In this document: positions 15,656 to 30,800 of the stretch, piece after piece
Numbering within the stretch: the stretch's first letter is position 1
Layout: every line of letters begins with the position of its first letter
Assembly (NCBI GenBank): GCA_951406725.2
Contig: OX597834.1
Span: 39,948,001-40,196,000 of the forward strand
From: Octopus vulgaris
Lineage: Eukaryota
Length of the DNA: 248,000 bases
Direction: 5' to 3'
Notes under the pieces: model-generated
Told to the model about the DNA's origin: nothing
Databases searched by the model: none
The model's input: the letters and a program-made list of their open reading frames with translations, nothing else
Translations under genes and position numbers: made by a program

Positions 15656-18600
15656 TATTTTATTATTATCATATGTCAACAAAACTCAGTTCTGTTGGTT
15701 TCAATAAACACTACTGTCTACTTTACTGGTCAGATATTATCAAGGTGGATTAAATGTTAGGGGGTTTTAAACACATGCGAACTTCATGGAATAAAAATAA
15801 AAAAGCTCAATGTTTTGTTTTTTATTTGTTATTGTTATTACTATCTTTTTCCTTTGTTTTTTTTTGTTTTTTTTTGTTTTTGCTTTTTTTCTTGCAGTTA
15901 GAGTATTTGTAGAGGTGAATAAGTATGTTGAATCAGAGAGGAGTATATGTTAAAGAGTACAGCAGCCAGTTAAACGTAATACAGTAGAGAAAACGTGGAA
16001 GATGGATGTATCATCATCATCATCATCATCATTGTTTTAATCTTTTGTCTTCTACCTTTTTCAGTCATTGAACTGTGGCCATACTGGGGCACTGCCTTGA
16101 AGGAGTTTAGTCAAACAAATCAAACCCAGTATTTATTTTTTTTTTTCATTTTTTTTTTTTAAAGTCTTATTCTAGCAGTCTCTTATGCTGAACTGAACTG
16201 AACTACTAAGTTACAGGGATGTAAACAAACCAACACCAGTTTTCAAGCAGTGGCAGTAGAGGAGGAGAGGGGCATTCACAAAGACACGCACACAGGCACA
16301 CACACACAAACCATCTTCATCATCATTTAACGTCTGTGTATATATTTATGTGGGTGTTTCTTTTGTGTCTGTGTTTGTCCCCTCGTCACAGCTCGACAAC
16401 AGCTGTTGGTTTGTTTACATCCCGATAACTTAACAGTTCAGCAAATGTTACTGATAGACTAAGTACGAAGCCTTAAAAAAAAAAGTCCTGGAGTTGATTT
16501 GTTCAACTAAAACCCTTGAAGGTGGTGCCCCAGCATGGTCGCAGTCACATGACTGAAACATGTAAAAGAATAAAAGAATATATACATGGGGTGACTATGT
16601 GCATGTTTGTTTCCTTGTCTTGACATCATGTGACAGTAATAAATTGGCTGTGTGGTAAGAAGCTTGCTTCCCAACCGCATGTTTCCAGGTTCAGTTCCAT
16701 TGCATGGCACCTTGGGTAAATGTCTTCTGCTATAGCCTTGGGCCAACCAAAGCCTTGTAAGTGGACTTGATAGACAAAAACTGAAAGAATCCCATCGTAT
16801 GTATGTATTGGCTGTCACTGTCATACAAGCAGTGTTGTTCACTTGGAATATTCAGTGACAACATGTCTAGCCATGGGGAAATATTACCTTACTTGGAAAC
16901 AAGTGAGGGTTAGCAACCGGAAGGGCATCCAACCACAGAAAAATCAGTCCTAATAAACTCAGTCTGACCTTTGCCAACATAGAAAAGTGAATATTCTTTT
17001 CTACTCTAGTCACAAGGCCTGAAATTTTGGGGGAAGGGACTAGTCAATTAGATCGACAACAGTACACAACTGGTACTTAATTTATCAACCCCAAAAGGAT
17101 GAAAGGCAAAGTCAACCTCAGTGAAAAGTGAATATTAAAATGATGATGCATGGAATATTAACCCTTCTGATATCAACCCACATGAAACTGCATCCAACTC
17201 TGTAGTAGAAATGTCTTGTTTCCAAAAGTTCTGAATTAAAATCTTCCACCAAACCTTAGTCACAATTTATGCTCCTAACACTAGCTTAATGATAACCAAG
17301 TTATTTTACTAAATTCTTTGTTATATTTAAAATTAATTGAAAGAAACACAGAGTATCTCAACAGAAATATGGCAACAAAAGGGTTAAAAAATATAATAGA
17401 GAAACAATTCTTTACCCTTTTGATACCAATCCACCTGAAACTACCGCGTGCTCTGTAGTACAAATGTCATGCTTTCAAATGTTCTGAATTAAAATCTTCC
17501 ACCAAACTTTAGTCACAATTTATGTTCCTAACACTAGCTGAATGATAACTAAGTTATTTTACTAAATAGAAATATGGTAACAAAAGGGTTAAATATGTTA
17601 GCAGTGACTTGGCTATTCTGTTTTCAGGCAACAACATCCCTGGGTAATTGTTTAGCAATCACTCCTGTAAATAACGGTGCTGCTATGCCAGTCACTAATG
17701 GCGCCGTTCTATCAGTTGTTAATGGTGCTGCCATACCAATCAATGTAGATCACTAGAAATGCAGAAAGCAGAATGCATTCAACACCAAGCGAGTGCAAGC
17801 ATGCATCAATGCCTTTCATGTTATCATACCTAGATATAATGGTACTGCTGTATATAAGTCATTAACGGTGCCGCTATGTCAGGTAACACCTCTCCCTGAT
17901 ACCCAGAACAATTTCATTAATTAAGTGAAGAGCTGGTGCATCTCCCAACCTTAACCTGCAGTAATCAGCATCTTGGCAACAATACCTGAAGCTTTCCCTG
18001 AATTTAGATGTTTAATTATCGTACTCAATAACACCTGATGCGATTTCTATAGGTAGTTTCTCTGGAGATAGAAAAAGAATGAAGGAAAGAAAAGAGCAAA
18101 TCTGATATTTCATGTTGTGAATAAATCTTCTGTATTTCATGAGCTGAATAGGTGGAATAATACATCATAGACGTTAGGACTTTTCAGAAAAGGTGAAATA
18201 AATTACTATGGAATTTTTGTTGGAATATCTATCTAACTCAAAACCAGAAAAAGTTACCTGTGGAATCCACAAGGCACAGGTGTGACTGTGTGATTAAGAA
18301 GTTCTCTTTCCGACCACATAGTTGCAGGTTCAATCCCACTGCGTGACACCCAGAGCAAGTGTCTTTCCTTATGGCATTAGGCTGTCCAAAACTTTGTGAA
18401 CAGATTTGGTAGAAGGAGACTGAAAGAAGCCTATCATATATACCTCATCATCTTCATCATTTAGCATTTGTTTTCCATGCCTATATGAGTTGGATGGTTT
18501 GATATAGAGCTGGCCAGTCAGGGAGATGTCCAGACCCCAAATGTCTGTTGTGGCATGATTTCTACAGCTGGATGCCCTTCCAAATGCCAGCCACTTTACA

Positions 18601-20317
18601 GGGTGTACATGGGTGCGTTTATGCAGCTTTCACACAAGTGCATTTTATGTGACACTAGCACCTGTAGGACAAGCATACATACATACATACATATACCTAT
18701 GTGTGGCTTTGTGTCTGTGATTGTCCTCCACACCGCCTGACAACCAGTATGGGTGTGTTTACATCCCTGTAATTTAGCACTCTGGCAAAACGAGACTGAC
18801 AGAATAAATACCAGGATTAAGAAGAAGAAAAACTAAGTATTGAGGGTAGATTTGTTCAACTACAAACTCTTCAAGGTGGTGCTCCAGCATGGCCACAGTT
18901 TAATGACTAAAACAAATAAAATTAAACAACATCACCTAATGCAGCACAATAAGGTTGTCTGACAGTCTTTGGACTCAAATGAGTTAATTGGGGTCATGGC
19001 ACTAGTTTGTGCCCTATTGAGACACATGTGTAGTGCCATTGTTTATCCAAAAATCAGGACAGACCAAAACATGTGGCATTGTTGAGTAGTCACAGCTCTG
19101 GTACTATGTGGAGGGGCAATGGCCCAGTGGTTAGGGCAGCGAACTCACATTCATAGGATCGCAGTTTCAATTCCCAGACCGGGCATTGTGTGTTTATTGA
19201 GCAAAAATACCTAAAGCTCCATGTGGCTCCAGCAGAGGATGGTGCCAAACCCTGCTGTACTCTTTCACCACAACTTTCTCTCACTCTTTCTTCCTGTTTC
19301 CGTTGTGCCTGTAATTCAAAGGGCCAGCCTTGTCACACTCTCTCATGCTGAATATCCTCCAAGAACTATATTAAGGATCTTGCACGTTAATCTCACGAGC
19401 AGGCTGTTCCGTTGATCGGATCAACTGGAACCCTTGTCGTCGTACGTGACGGAGTGCCAACACTATGGACATGTGATTAGAATGTCGCAGGAAAGAATCC
19501 CAAGACGGATTCTTTAGCTGAGTCAACCGGCAGAAGACCTGGAGGTAGACCAATAATGAGAAGGCGGCAAGCTGGCAGAACTGTTAGCACGCCAGGCGAA
19601 ATCCTTAGCGGTATTTCGTCTGCTGCTACGTTCTAAGTTCAAATTCCGCCGAGGTCAACTGTGTTTTGCCCCTTGTGAGTAGTAAAGAAATAGGTATTTC
19701 GTCTGCCACTATGTTCTGAGTTCAAATTCCACCGAGGTCGACTTTGCCTTTCATTCTTTCGCAGTTGATTAAATAAGTACCAGTTACACACTGGGGTCGA
19801 TATAATCGACTTAATCCATTTGTCTGTCCTTGTTTGTCCCCTCTGTGTTTAGCCCCCAGTGGGCAGTAAAGAAATGAGATGGCTGGATAATAAAATATGT
19901 ATACTGAGTCCCAGTTGGTCATGCCTGGGAATCCAGCCAGAAAATTGTAATGACTGTCATTTCTAATAGAACCACATGGAGAAGGTGCCGAGGGCTCTAC
20001 CCATACAATATTCCCAAAAGTAGTGGGCGGAGAAGATGGCTGTGTGAATGCATGGATGGATGGATGGATGTCATTTATTCATAAACCACACGGTATTGGT
20101 ACTGAAGTAGTAATTATTGTAAAGTCATTAATTAATGTATCATTACGTAAATGAGTTGTGTTGGTCACAAGTTTTTAGTAATTTTTTCATGACTTTCATG
20201 GACAATTTGGTCGAGAAAGAGAGATGGGAGGGAAAGATGTGGGGGAGAGCAAGAAGGGAGGAGAGAATACAGTGAATACAGATGAATTGTTAAATTACAA
20301 TGAAACAGCATTAACTA

Positions 20318-20361
<44 letters not shown>

Positions 20362-20912
20362 TAGTATTAGTTGCACTGGTATAAATTATTTACAACAAAA
20401 GGTAATTAAAGTTACTAAACAATTAATACAATAGAGACACCCTCCACCCCAACTCACCTACCTCCCACGCCCACACACACGCACACACACTCTTAGCATG
20501 TCATCACATTTGTGAGCAGGGGGGGGGGGTTGTGTGTGGGTATTATTGTATTCAACAAATGAATAGCTGGGATTATCAGCAACACATTTTCATGGCAACA
20601 CAAGAGAGAGAGAGAGATAGAGAGAGAACGAATGAGAGAGAGAGAGAGAATGAGAGAGAGAGAGAATGAGAGAGAGAGAGAACGAGAGAGGGAGAGAGAA
20701 CGAGAGAGAGAGAGAACGAGAGAGAGAGAGGGAGAGAACGAGAGAGAGAGAGAACGAGAGAGAGAGAGAATGAGAGATGAGAGAGGGAACGAGAGAGAGA
20801 GAGAACGAGAGAGAGAGAATGAGAGATGAGAGAGGGAACGAGAGAGAGAGAGAGGGAACGAGAGAGAAAGAGAGAGAGAGAAAGAGAGAGAATGAGAGAA
20901 AGAGAGAGAATG

Positions 20913-20964
<52 letters not shown>

Positions 20965-21358
20965 AGAGAGAGAGAGAGAACGAGAGAGAGAACAAGAGAG
21001 AGAGAGAGAGAGAACGAGAGAGAGAGAGAGAGTTTTTAAAGAAGAAGAGAGAAAAGCAAAATGACCGACCAACAAGTTGTACAGTAAAAGCTTGCTTTTA
21101 TATTTTCTGGTAACAAGTTTATTGATTCCGGTTGTTTCTCGCTGTGTGTGGTCTCTGGTGAAGCAGTGGTGGGGTGGCTTTTATCTTTGTGTTCAGTGTG
21201 TACACATAGATACAGAGATATCTAGATACAAAGACACAGACACACACACAGACACACACGCACACACACACACACATATATATATAATACATACATGTAT
21301 ATATGTGTGTGTTTGTGTGTGTAGACAGACAGGCCTAGAGATATTTATGCATACACAA

Positions 21359-21406
<48 letters not shown>

Positions 21407-21533
21407 GTGTGTGTATAGGATGACAGACAGACATATATAGACATGTGTGCATACATGAATATACATACATACATGTGCATAGAAACAGACATATGCGTAC
21501 AAATATGCATTCATATACGGTTATATGTGTACA

Positions 21534-21618
<85 letters not shown>

Positions 21619-22580
21619 TAAAAGAAAGAGACAGATAGATGGACGGACAGACAGAAGAAGAGGGAGTGTCAATAAATTAAGAATTTTTTGCAGACATCAT
21701 TTAGTACATTAATTTTGAATTTAATTAACAAGGTTCCTGGCATTGGCCTATTTGAATTATTTCCCTTTGCTCTTTTTATATCTAATTATCAAAATTAAGT
21801 GCATGGCTTAATGATTAAGGTATTTGGCCCATGATCATAAGGTTATGAACTGTCTCCTTGAGCAAGACATTTCATTTTTCATCGCTCCTGTCCACTCAGT
21901 TGGCAAAAATGAATCATACCTGTAATTCACAGGGGGCCAGCCTCATCACACTCTGTGTCATGCTGAATCTCCCTGAGAACTACGTTAAGGGTACATTTGT
22001 GTCTGTGGAGTACTCAGCCACTTTCATGTTAACTTCACGAGTAGGGTGTTCTGTTGATAGGATCAACTGGAACCCTCGTCCTCGTGACAGATGGAGGGTC
22101 AGTTTTATTACAAAAAAAACAAAAGATAAACCATCAACTGAATCATTCAGACAGTGCTGTTCATCAACAGTGTTTCAAAACATGCTCTTTTACTCTTTTC
22201 AGTCACGTGACTGTGGCCATGCTGGAGTACCGCCTTTTAGTCGAGCAAATCGGCCCCAAGACTTATTCTTTGTAAGCCAAGTACTTACTCTATCGGTCTC
22301 TTTTGCCAAACTGCTAAGTTACAGGGACGTAAACACACCAACATCGGTTGTCAAGCAATGTTGGGGGGACAAACACAGACACATAAACACACACACACAC
22401 ACATATATATACATATAAACGATGGGCTTCTTTCAGTTTCTGTCTACCAAATCCACTCACAAGGCTTTGGTCAGCCCAAGGCTATAATAGAAGACACTTG
22501 CCCAAGGTGCCACGCAGTGAGACTGAACCTAGAACTATGTGGTTAGTAAGCAAGCTACTTACCACACAGCCACTCCTGAG

Positions 22581-22618
<38 letters not shown>

Positions 22619-22658
22619 GAGAGAGAGAGAGAGAGAGAACGCTGCGTATATGTGCATA

Positions 22659-22702
<44 letters not shown>

Positions 22703-23836
22703 AAAATGGAGATATAGCATTAATATAATTTTTTATCTGCAAAAATCCAATATGTTTTCTTACAGCTGTTTCAATTAAGCCTAAAAGATTACATAGCAAT
22801 AATTTAATCATTATAACAGGCAAAATCTCATCAGAGAGTTAGAAAAGATATGCTGTTAGATTATTAGGTGTTGTGTTATTGAATCATCACAGCAGACTTC
22901 TTCAATTGTTGTATATTAAGTCTATTCACAAGGCTATGGTTAGTCTGGGTTATAGTAGAAGACACTTTGTCCAAGGTGCCACACATGAGGATTGAACCCA
23001 AAACTACATGGTTGCAAACCAAGCTTCTTAACCTCACAGCCATGCCTGTCCCTCTAGCCGAGAATAACTAAATATGTCAGAGAAATTGTAAAAGCTGAGA
23101 TAATGCAAAGAGTTTGACAGAGAAAGACATTATAATGGAGATCTGGTGTATTCTATGATTTTCGTGTAAAAATGGTTTTGATTTTATTCCTGCTAATGTA
23201 GCAAGAATTGGTAAAAAAAAAACAAAGAAAGATTTCTCTGCGAATATAGAATTTGCTATGTACAACAACGAAATAATCTAAAGAAAAATACTAACAACAA
23301 CAACAGCTGCTATTACAACCACCATGATGACAATAACAACAACAAGACCCATAACAACGACAATAATGTCGACAACCACAACGACAGCCGTGATTGTAGT
23401 AATTATGTTAAGTAATGATTATGAGGTTAAAAGCACCTCTGAAACACAGCAGAGAACAAGACAGAGGTGGAGGGGGAGAGAAGGGGGAGTGGAGAGAGAA
23501 GGAGAAAGAGAAGCTGTTTAGCTGAGTCTCTTCTGAGGGGTGTTAAGAGAGGAGGGAGGTAGAGGGAGGGAATGGGGAGAGGAGAGAGAGCGAGAGAGAG
23601 AGAGAGGGTGGGAGAATGTGTTTGGAGATGTGGTGAGAGTGATGGAGTCTGTGTTTAATTACAATCTGTTATGATGACAGAGAGAGAGGAAGAGAGAAAA
23701 AGAAAGGAGAGAAGGGAGGAAATATGGAGAGAAAAGAGGGGTGGATAGAGAGAAAGAGAGAAATAGAGAAAGATAGAAAAGAGATGGAGAAAAAAGAGGA
23801 GAGATAGAAAGAGAGAAAGAGAGAGAGAGAAAGAGA

Positions 23837-23884
<48 letters not shown>

Positions 23885-24699
23885 GGAGAGAAAGAGAGAC
23901 AGACAGACAGAGAGAGGAGAGGAGAGAGAGATAGAGAGGAGAGAGAAAGAGAGGAGAGAGATAAATAGAGAAAGGAGGGACAGAGAGATAAAGAGAGGAG
24001 AGATAGAAGGTGGAAGGGAGGGAAGGAGAAGAGAGCCGAGTGAGAGAAGTGTAGAAATTTGCAAGAAAACAAAAGTGAAAGTGGGTGGGGGGAGGGATGC
24101 GTGTGTCTCCTATCAAAAGGATAAGTTACAGCAAGAGGGTGGTGGGCATGGGGGTGGAGAGGCAAAGAGTCTCTAATATGAAGTGAAAGGGTGTGACAGG
24201 GTGGTGATGGGGGAGGAGGTGGAGTGGAGCGGGGAGTCACATAGGAGTATGGGGGTGGGGGTAGCATGGGTGTGTGTGGGGGTTTCCGTTAAGGGTAATG
24301 GCAGGGGGTTCGTGGTGGTGGGGTGACTTGTGGTGTGTGCAGAGAGCAAGAAAGGGACCAGAATTAATCAGGTGATGGAGGAAAGCAATAGAAATTCTTG
24401 GAGAAATATAACTAGATATGGGGGGGGAAGGGGAGTTAAGGGGGTGGTGGGTTGGAAGGGTGATTAAAATGAGATTGAAGAGACTAGGGACAGACAGACA
24501 GACAGAGAGAGAGAGAGAGAGATAAAGAGTTGAAAAGAGTAAAAAAAAAGAAATGAAGAAAAAAATAACGAGAAAAAATAAAAAGGTAAAAGAATTTTGG
24601 TAAGAGGAATTTTGATAAAATAACTCCATGATGGAGGTAGATTTAACTCAAAGACAGGGGAATCTATCTCCACGACAGAGGAACACAACTGCTTGGTGG

Positions 24700-25960
24700 A
24701 GGATCATAAGGTGCATGATGGGGGAACATGACTGCATGATGGAGGAATATAACATGAAAGGGAGCACAACTGCATGACAGGGAAACACAGCTGCATGATG
24801 GGGGAACACAGCTGCACAACGGGGGAACACAGCTGCATGACAAGGAAACAGCTGTATGATGGGGGAACATAGCTGCATGATGGGGGAACATGACTGCATG
24901 ATGGAGGAACATAACATGATAGGGAGCACAACTGCATGACAGGGAAACACAGCTGCATGATGGGGGAACACAGCTGCACAACGGGGGAACACAGCTGCAT
25001 GCCAAGGAAACAGCTGTATGATGGGGGAACATAGCTGCATGATGGGGGAACATGACTGCATGATGGAGGAACATAACATGATAGGGAGCACAACTGCATG
25101 ACAGGGGAACACAGCTGCATGATGGGGGAACACAGCTGCACAACGGGGGAACACAGCTGCATGACAAGGAAACAGCTGTATGATGGGGGAACATAGCTGC
25201 ATGATGGGGGAACATGACTGCATGATGGAGGAATATAACATGATAGGGAGCACAACTGCATGACAGGGAAACACAGCTGCATGATGGGGGAACACAGCTG
25301 CACAACGGGGGAACACAGCTGCATGACAAGGAAACAGCTGTATGATGGGGGAACATAGCTGCATGATGGGGGAACATGACTGCATGATGGAGGAATATAA
25401 CATGATAGGGAGCACAACTGCATGACAGGGGAACACAGCTGCATGATGGGGGAACACAGCTGCACAACGGGGGAACACAGCTGCATGACAAGGAAACAGC
25501 TGTATGATGGGGGAACATAGCTGCATGATGGGGGAACATGACTGCATGATGGAGGAATATAACATGATAGGGAGCACAACTGCATGACAGGGAAACACAG
25601 CTGCATGATGGGGGAACACAGCTGCACAACGGGGAACACAGCTGCATGACAAGGAAACAGCTGTATGATGGGGGAACATAGCTGCATGATGGGGGAACAT
25701 GACTGCATGATGGAGGAATATAACATGATAGGGAGCACAACTGCATGACAGGGGAACACAGCTGCATGATGGGGGAACACAGCTGCACAACGGGGAACAC
25801 AGCTGCATGACAAGGAAACAGCTGTATGATGGGGGAACATAGCTGCATGATGGGGGAACATGACTGCATGATGGAGGAATATAACATGAAAGGGAGCACA
25901 ACTGCATGACAGGGGAACAGCTGCATGATGGAGGAATAGCTGTATGGTGGGGGAACATGA
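24700..25960. repeat. 162-bp higher-order tandem repeat (about 8 copies) built from about 20-bp subunits
   Basis: ggaggaa(t/c)ataacatga recurs at 24741, 24903, 25065, 25227; subunit gggggaacacagctgcatgat. Confidence 0.92.
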
Positions 25961-26042
25961 CTGCATGACCAATATCTACAAAAATGATACAAAGATTTAA
26001 TGTTGCTGTTGCCCTAGTAGTAGTAGTAGTAGTAGTAGTAGT

Positions 26043-26077
<35 letters not shown>

Positions 26078-26080
26078 TAA

Positions 26081-26120
<40 letters not shown>

Positions 26121-27149
26121 TGCTGTTGTTGTTGTTGTTCTGCTTGTTTACACTGCAACAGACACAGATGACTGATACCTGTTCAGAAATTTCACCAGTA
26201 AAGAGAGAGACATCTAGATTTTAAAGAGAGAACAGACACAGTATGGCTTTGAAATGCACAAAAGCAAATATTTTCACTCTTGTTAAGCTGTTTTTTTGCA
26301 AACCATTGCAAAGAAAATATCAGAAGAATTCCGAACAGAGACTCCAGTTCGTAATGCAAACTGCAGAAACTTCTCTTATAATCGGTCCTTGTCTCCATAC
26401 ATAAACATCTTGAGAAGACAGCATTACTTGACAGGAATTCCATCACAGAATTGTCTCCATTCGTTCTTCGGTGTATTATGACAGCACTAAGTATATAAAT
26501 GGACATCTGTGTTGTGTTTATATATGACAAAGGAAATGATTCTATCGTGGTCATTACCACGAACAACATCGTCAGTTTAATGTCCTCTTTTCCAGACTTG
26601 CATGGGTTGGACAGAATTTATTGAGGCAGATTTTTCTATGGCTTGATGCCCTTCTAGTTGCTAACCCTTACCTGTTTCCAATCAAGGTAATATTTCCTAG
26701 ACATGTTATGTTTTCACAGAGTAATGGAAATGAATGACAACCATTTCCAACAACCATGTGATTTCAAGACAAGGAGACACACACACACAAACATTATCTT
26801 ACATACACAAACACATATTTCTTGCTGCTATAGACACAAGGCTTGATATTTTCAGTGGAGGGGATAATCAATTCCATCAACATCAGTGCTGAACTGGTAC
26901 TAATTTCGTTGACCCCAAAAGAATAAAAGCCAAATTTGAACTTGATTGAATTTGAACTCAAAACATAAAGACAGATGAAATGTTACTAAGCATTGTGTCT
27001 GGAGTGATAACGACCCTGCCAGCTCCACAGTGATCGATAAAAAATTATTTATTTATAGGTTAAGTCCACCATTGGTTTCATGTTAAGAGAAAGCCCTTAA
27101 CAATTATCAAGCCTGCCACATGGAACATTGGTGTTTGATGTTTGTCTCC

Positions 27150-27186
<37 letters not shown>

Positions 27187-27817
27187 CACACACAGATATA
27201 TACATATATAAGACAAGCGTCTTCCAGTTTCCGTTGACCAAATCCACTCACAAGGTATTGGTCAGCCTGAAACTATAGTAGAAGACACTTGCCCAAGGTG
27301 CCATGCAGTGGGACTGAACCTGGTACTATGTGGTTGGGAAGCAAGCTTCTTACCACACAGCCAAGCTGGCACCTATTAGAAAATAATTTTACAAATATTT
27401 TCTTATTTGTGAGAAGAAAAGAAAAATTTATCTTACATAAAAATTCTTTAAATCATTTTACTACCAAAATTCACAGAATTTTATTAGAATTTAGTCAATG
27501 TGCAACAGATAGTGAAAGGAAAACCCCAGTTCTTGCAGCAGTAACAGGGAACTTTGTTCTTGCTTCACGTTACCAAGTTTTTATAAAAACATACGGCTGG
27601 AGGCTTCGTACATCCGCAAAATAATGATAAATCATACCCCCGCCTCTCTTTAATGTCTGAGAGATGCAATGTAACACCAGAATATCATTGCTGAGTATCG
27701 CTTTCCTCTTCTCTTCCAGTTATCTACTGTAGGGAATTTAGAATTGCAGGGATCGAGTGTTTAGTCACTTTGTTTTTGAAGTCATCAGGGTTATCCTGAC
27801 CTTTCTGGGAGAAGATA

Positions 27818-27871
<54 letters not shown>

Positions 27872-30800
27872 GACAGGCTTTTTTCGGTTTCCACCCAACG
27901 GATCTATTCACAGGGCTTTAATCAGCTATATTCTTTTATTCTTTTATTCCTTTACTTGTTTCAGTCATTCAACTGTGGCCATGCTGGAGCACCACATTTA
28001 GTCGAAGAAATTGACCCCAGGACTTATTCTTTGCAAGCCTAGTACTTATTGTATCAGTCTTTTGCCGAACTGCTAAGTTATGGGGGCGTAAATACACCAA
28101 CATCAGTTGTCAAGCGATGGTGGTAGGGACAAACAGACACACAAACATATACATATATATACATATATACAACGGGCTTCTTTCAGTTTCCATCTATCAA
28201 GTCCACTCACAAGGCTTTGGTCGGTCTAAGGCTATAGTAGAAGACACTTACCCAAGGGGCCACGCAGTGGGACTGAACCTGGAACCATGTGGTCGGTAAG
28301 CAAGCTACTTACCACACAACCAAACCTGCACTATATATATATATACATGGCTTAGTGGTTAGGATGGTTAGCTCACAATCATAAGGTCCTGAGTTCAATA
28401 CATGGTGGTGTGATGTGTCCTTGAGCAAGACATTTCATTTTTCATCGCTCCTGTCCACTCACTTGGCAAAAATGAGTAGTACCAGTAATTCAAAGGGGGG
28501 TCAGCCTTATCCTATACCCTGTCACCCTGAATCCCCCTGAGAACTACTTTAAGGGTACACATGTCTGTGGAGTACTCAGCCACTTGCATGTTAATTTCAC
28601 AAGGAGGCTTTCCCATTGATCCAACCAAGTAGTACAGTCATCGTCATAACCAATGGAGTGCCAGCAGTTTAAATACATTCATAAATGTGAGTGTGTGTAT
28701 GTGTGTACCCTTGTTTAGACATCACACAAGGGTTGTAAATGTGGTCGTACAGTACAAGTGAGGGGGTTTATTTGCAATCTTCTATAAAAAAAAAAAACAT
28801 GTCTGGCCATGGGGAAATATTACCTTGCTTAGAAACAGATAAGGGTTAGTGACAGGAAGGGCATCCAGCTTTAGAAAAAATCCCTCTCAACAAATTCTTT
28901 CTGACCCATGTCGACACAAGAAAGTGAAAGTAAGATGATTATGACGATGATGATGATGACAATGTTGCTGCTGCTGTTGTTGTTGTTAAGCAACAAGACA
29001 GGTAAGGGTGATTAGGTGATGGTCTAGGGCTTAGGGGTGAGAGACCCCAGACCTTGGGAAAAAAAAAAAACTTTGGTCGTCTTGTTGTAGTCCAGGGCTC
29101 CTCGTTGACGCCCTGGGAGGTGACCCTCGATTTCGCTGGAAATGGAGATCTCCAGGTCCAAATTCTTGAACGGCTGCTGCTGCTGGTGGTGGTGGTAGGG
29201 GTAATGATGGTAGTGATGGTGAGAGACATGCATGCATCTCGGATCAACAATATTTCATCTCCTTTCCATATATGGACAACCTTCATGAATTAAATATACG
29301 TCTGACTTATCAGCATTGTTGTTAATGCTTATTTCATTTACTTTACAAATGTCGCTAGTCTCGTTTCTTCTGTTATCTCAAAGAAGAAAAAACTAAGAAC
29401 AAAAAAAAGAAAAAACCCAGAAAAACTAAAGAAAAAAAAGACAGACAGAACTGGAAATTATAAACCATGGAAACTACTTCTACTACTTAATATTGGTGCT
29501 GCCACCTGGTGACGGTGAGGGGTAGATTATTATTATTATTATTATTATCATTTTCTTTTTGGTTGGCTTGCACATGTGCATTCAGCAGTCAGCTGTGAAA
29601 CAAGCTGAAAATTGTAAGAAGCTGAAGGCAAGAATGATTTCGAGTGATTGCAGAACATATGCTGTTGTTTTTAGATTCTACTCTCGGTTGTTGAAGAAGA
29701 ATCTTGCTATCATCGTGTAACGAGATGTTCCAAACCAAACCAAACCCTGCCATCATTGCTGCCACACTGAGATAAAAGAAAACTGACTTCAATAAAGTCA
29801 GCCCTACTTTACAAATAATTATATTCCTTCTAGATAGAAAGATAACGGCCCCCAAAAAACATAGACAAAATAAAATGGGAGATAATAACCAATCTTTATA
29901 TATATATATATATACATTCAGAGAGAGAGATTTAATACACATAAATATACACACACACACGTGTATGTGTGTGTATTTATGTGAGTGTATAAATATATAT
30001 ATATATGTAATAATAATGATAATAATAATAATTTACCTAGAACTAAATAAAGTATATGTATATATATATATATATACTCAGAGGGAGAGATTTTATACAC
30101 ATACACACACACATTTATATATATGTATATATGCATGTGTGTGCATGTATATATGTATATATATATATGTATACACACTCACACACACAAAGATTAGATA
30201 GATAGCTATTTCAGTAATTACAAGATTTATTTAAAGAAATACCTAACGTGTATGTATATGTATGTATATATATAATATACACACTAACAGATAACTTTTA
30301 TAGGAAAGCTTATCTGCTAGACTGGCTGCAGTGGCTTAAACCAGTAAGAATATATTGATGAGGAATGATTTGAGTAACAGAAATCAAACCATGGACAGAA
30401 TCATTGGTATGCTGGACGAAACGCTTAGCAGCATATAATCCATCTAAGTTCTGAGTTCAAATTCTGCCAAGGTCAATTTTACCTTCCATCGTTTCAGGGT
30501 CGATAAATTAAGTACCAGTGAAACACTGGGGTTGAGGTAATCAACTAACCCCTCTCCCAAAATTCCAGGCCTTGTGCCTATAGTAGAAAGGATCATTATT
30601 ATTATTATGGAAGACAGCAAGCTGGCAGAATCGTTAGCACACTGGTTGAAATGCTTAGCGGTATTTCGTCTGCCCGTTATGTTCTGAGTTCAAATTCTGC
30701 CGAGGTTGACTTTGCCTTTGTGTGTCTGTGTTTGTCGTCCCCAACATCACTTGACAACCGATGCTAGCGGTTCGGCAAAAGAGACCAATACAATAAGTAC

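Noticed and set aside
24648-25992. Three 420-440-aa Cys/His/Pro-rich ORFs
   Set aside because: They are readings of a 162-bp tandem repeat open in all three frames, with no splice or domain evidence; not called as CDS.
29589-29960. 123-aa ORF with a hydrophobic stretch
   Set aside because: It starts in a microsatellite, has no recognised homology and no good splice sites.
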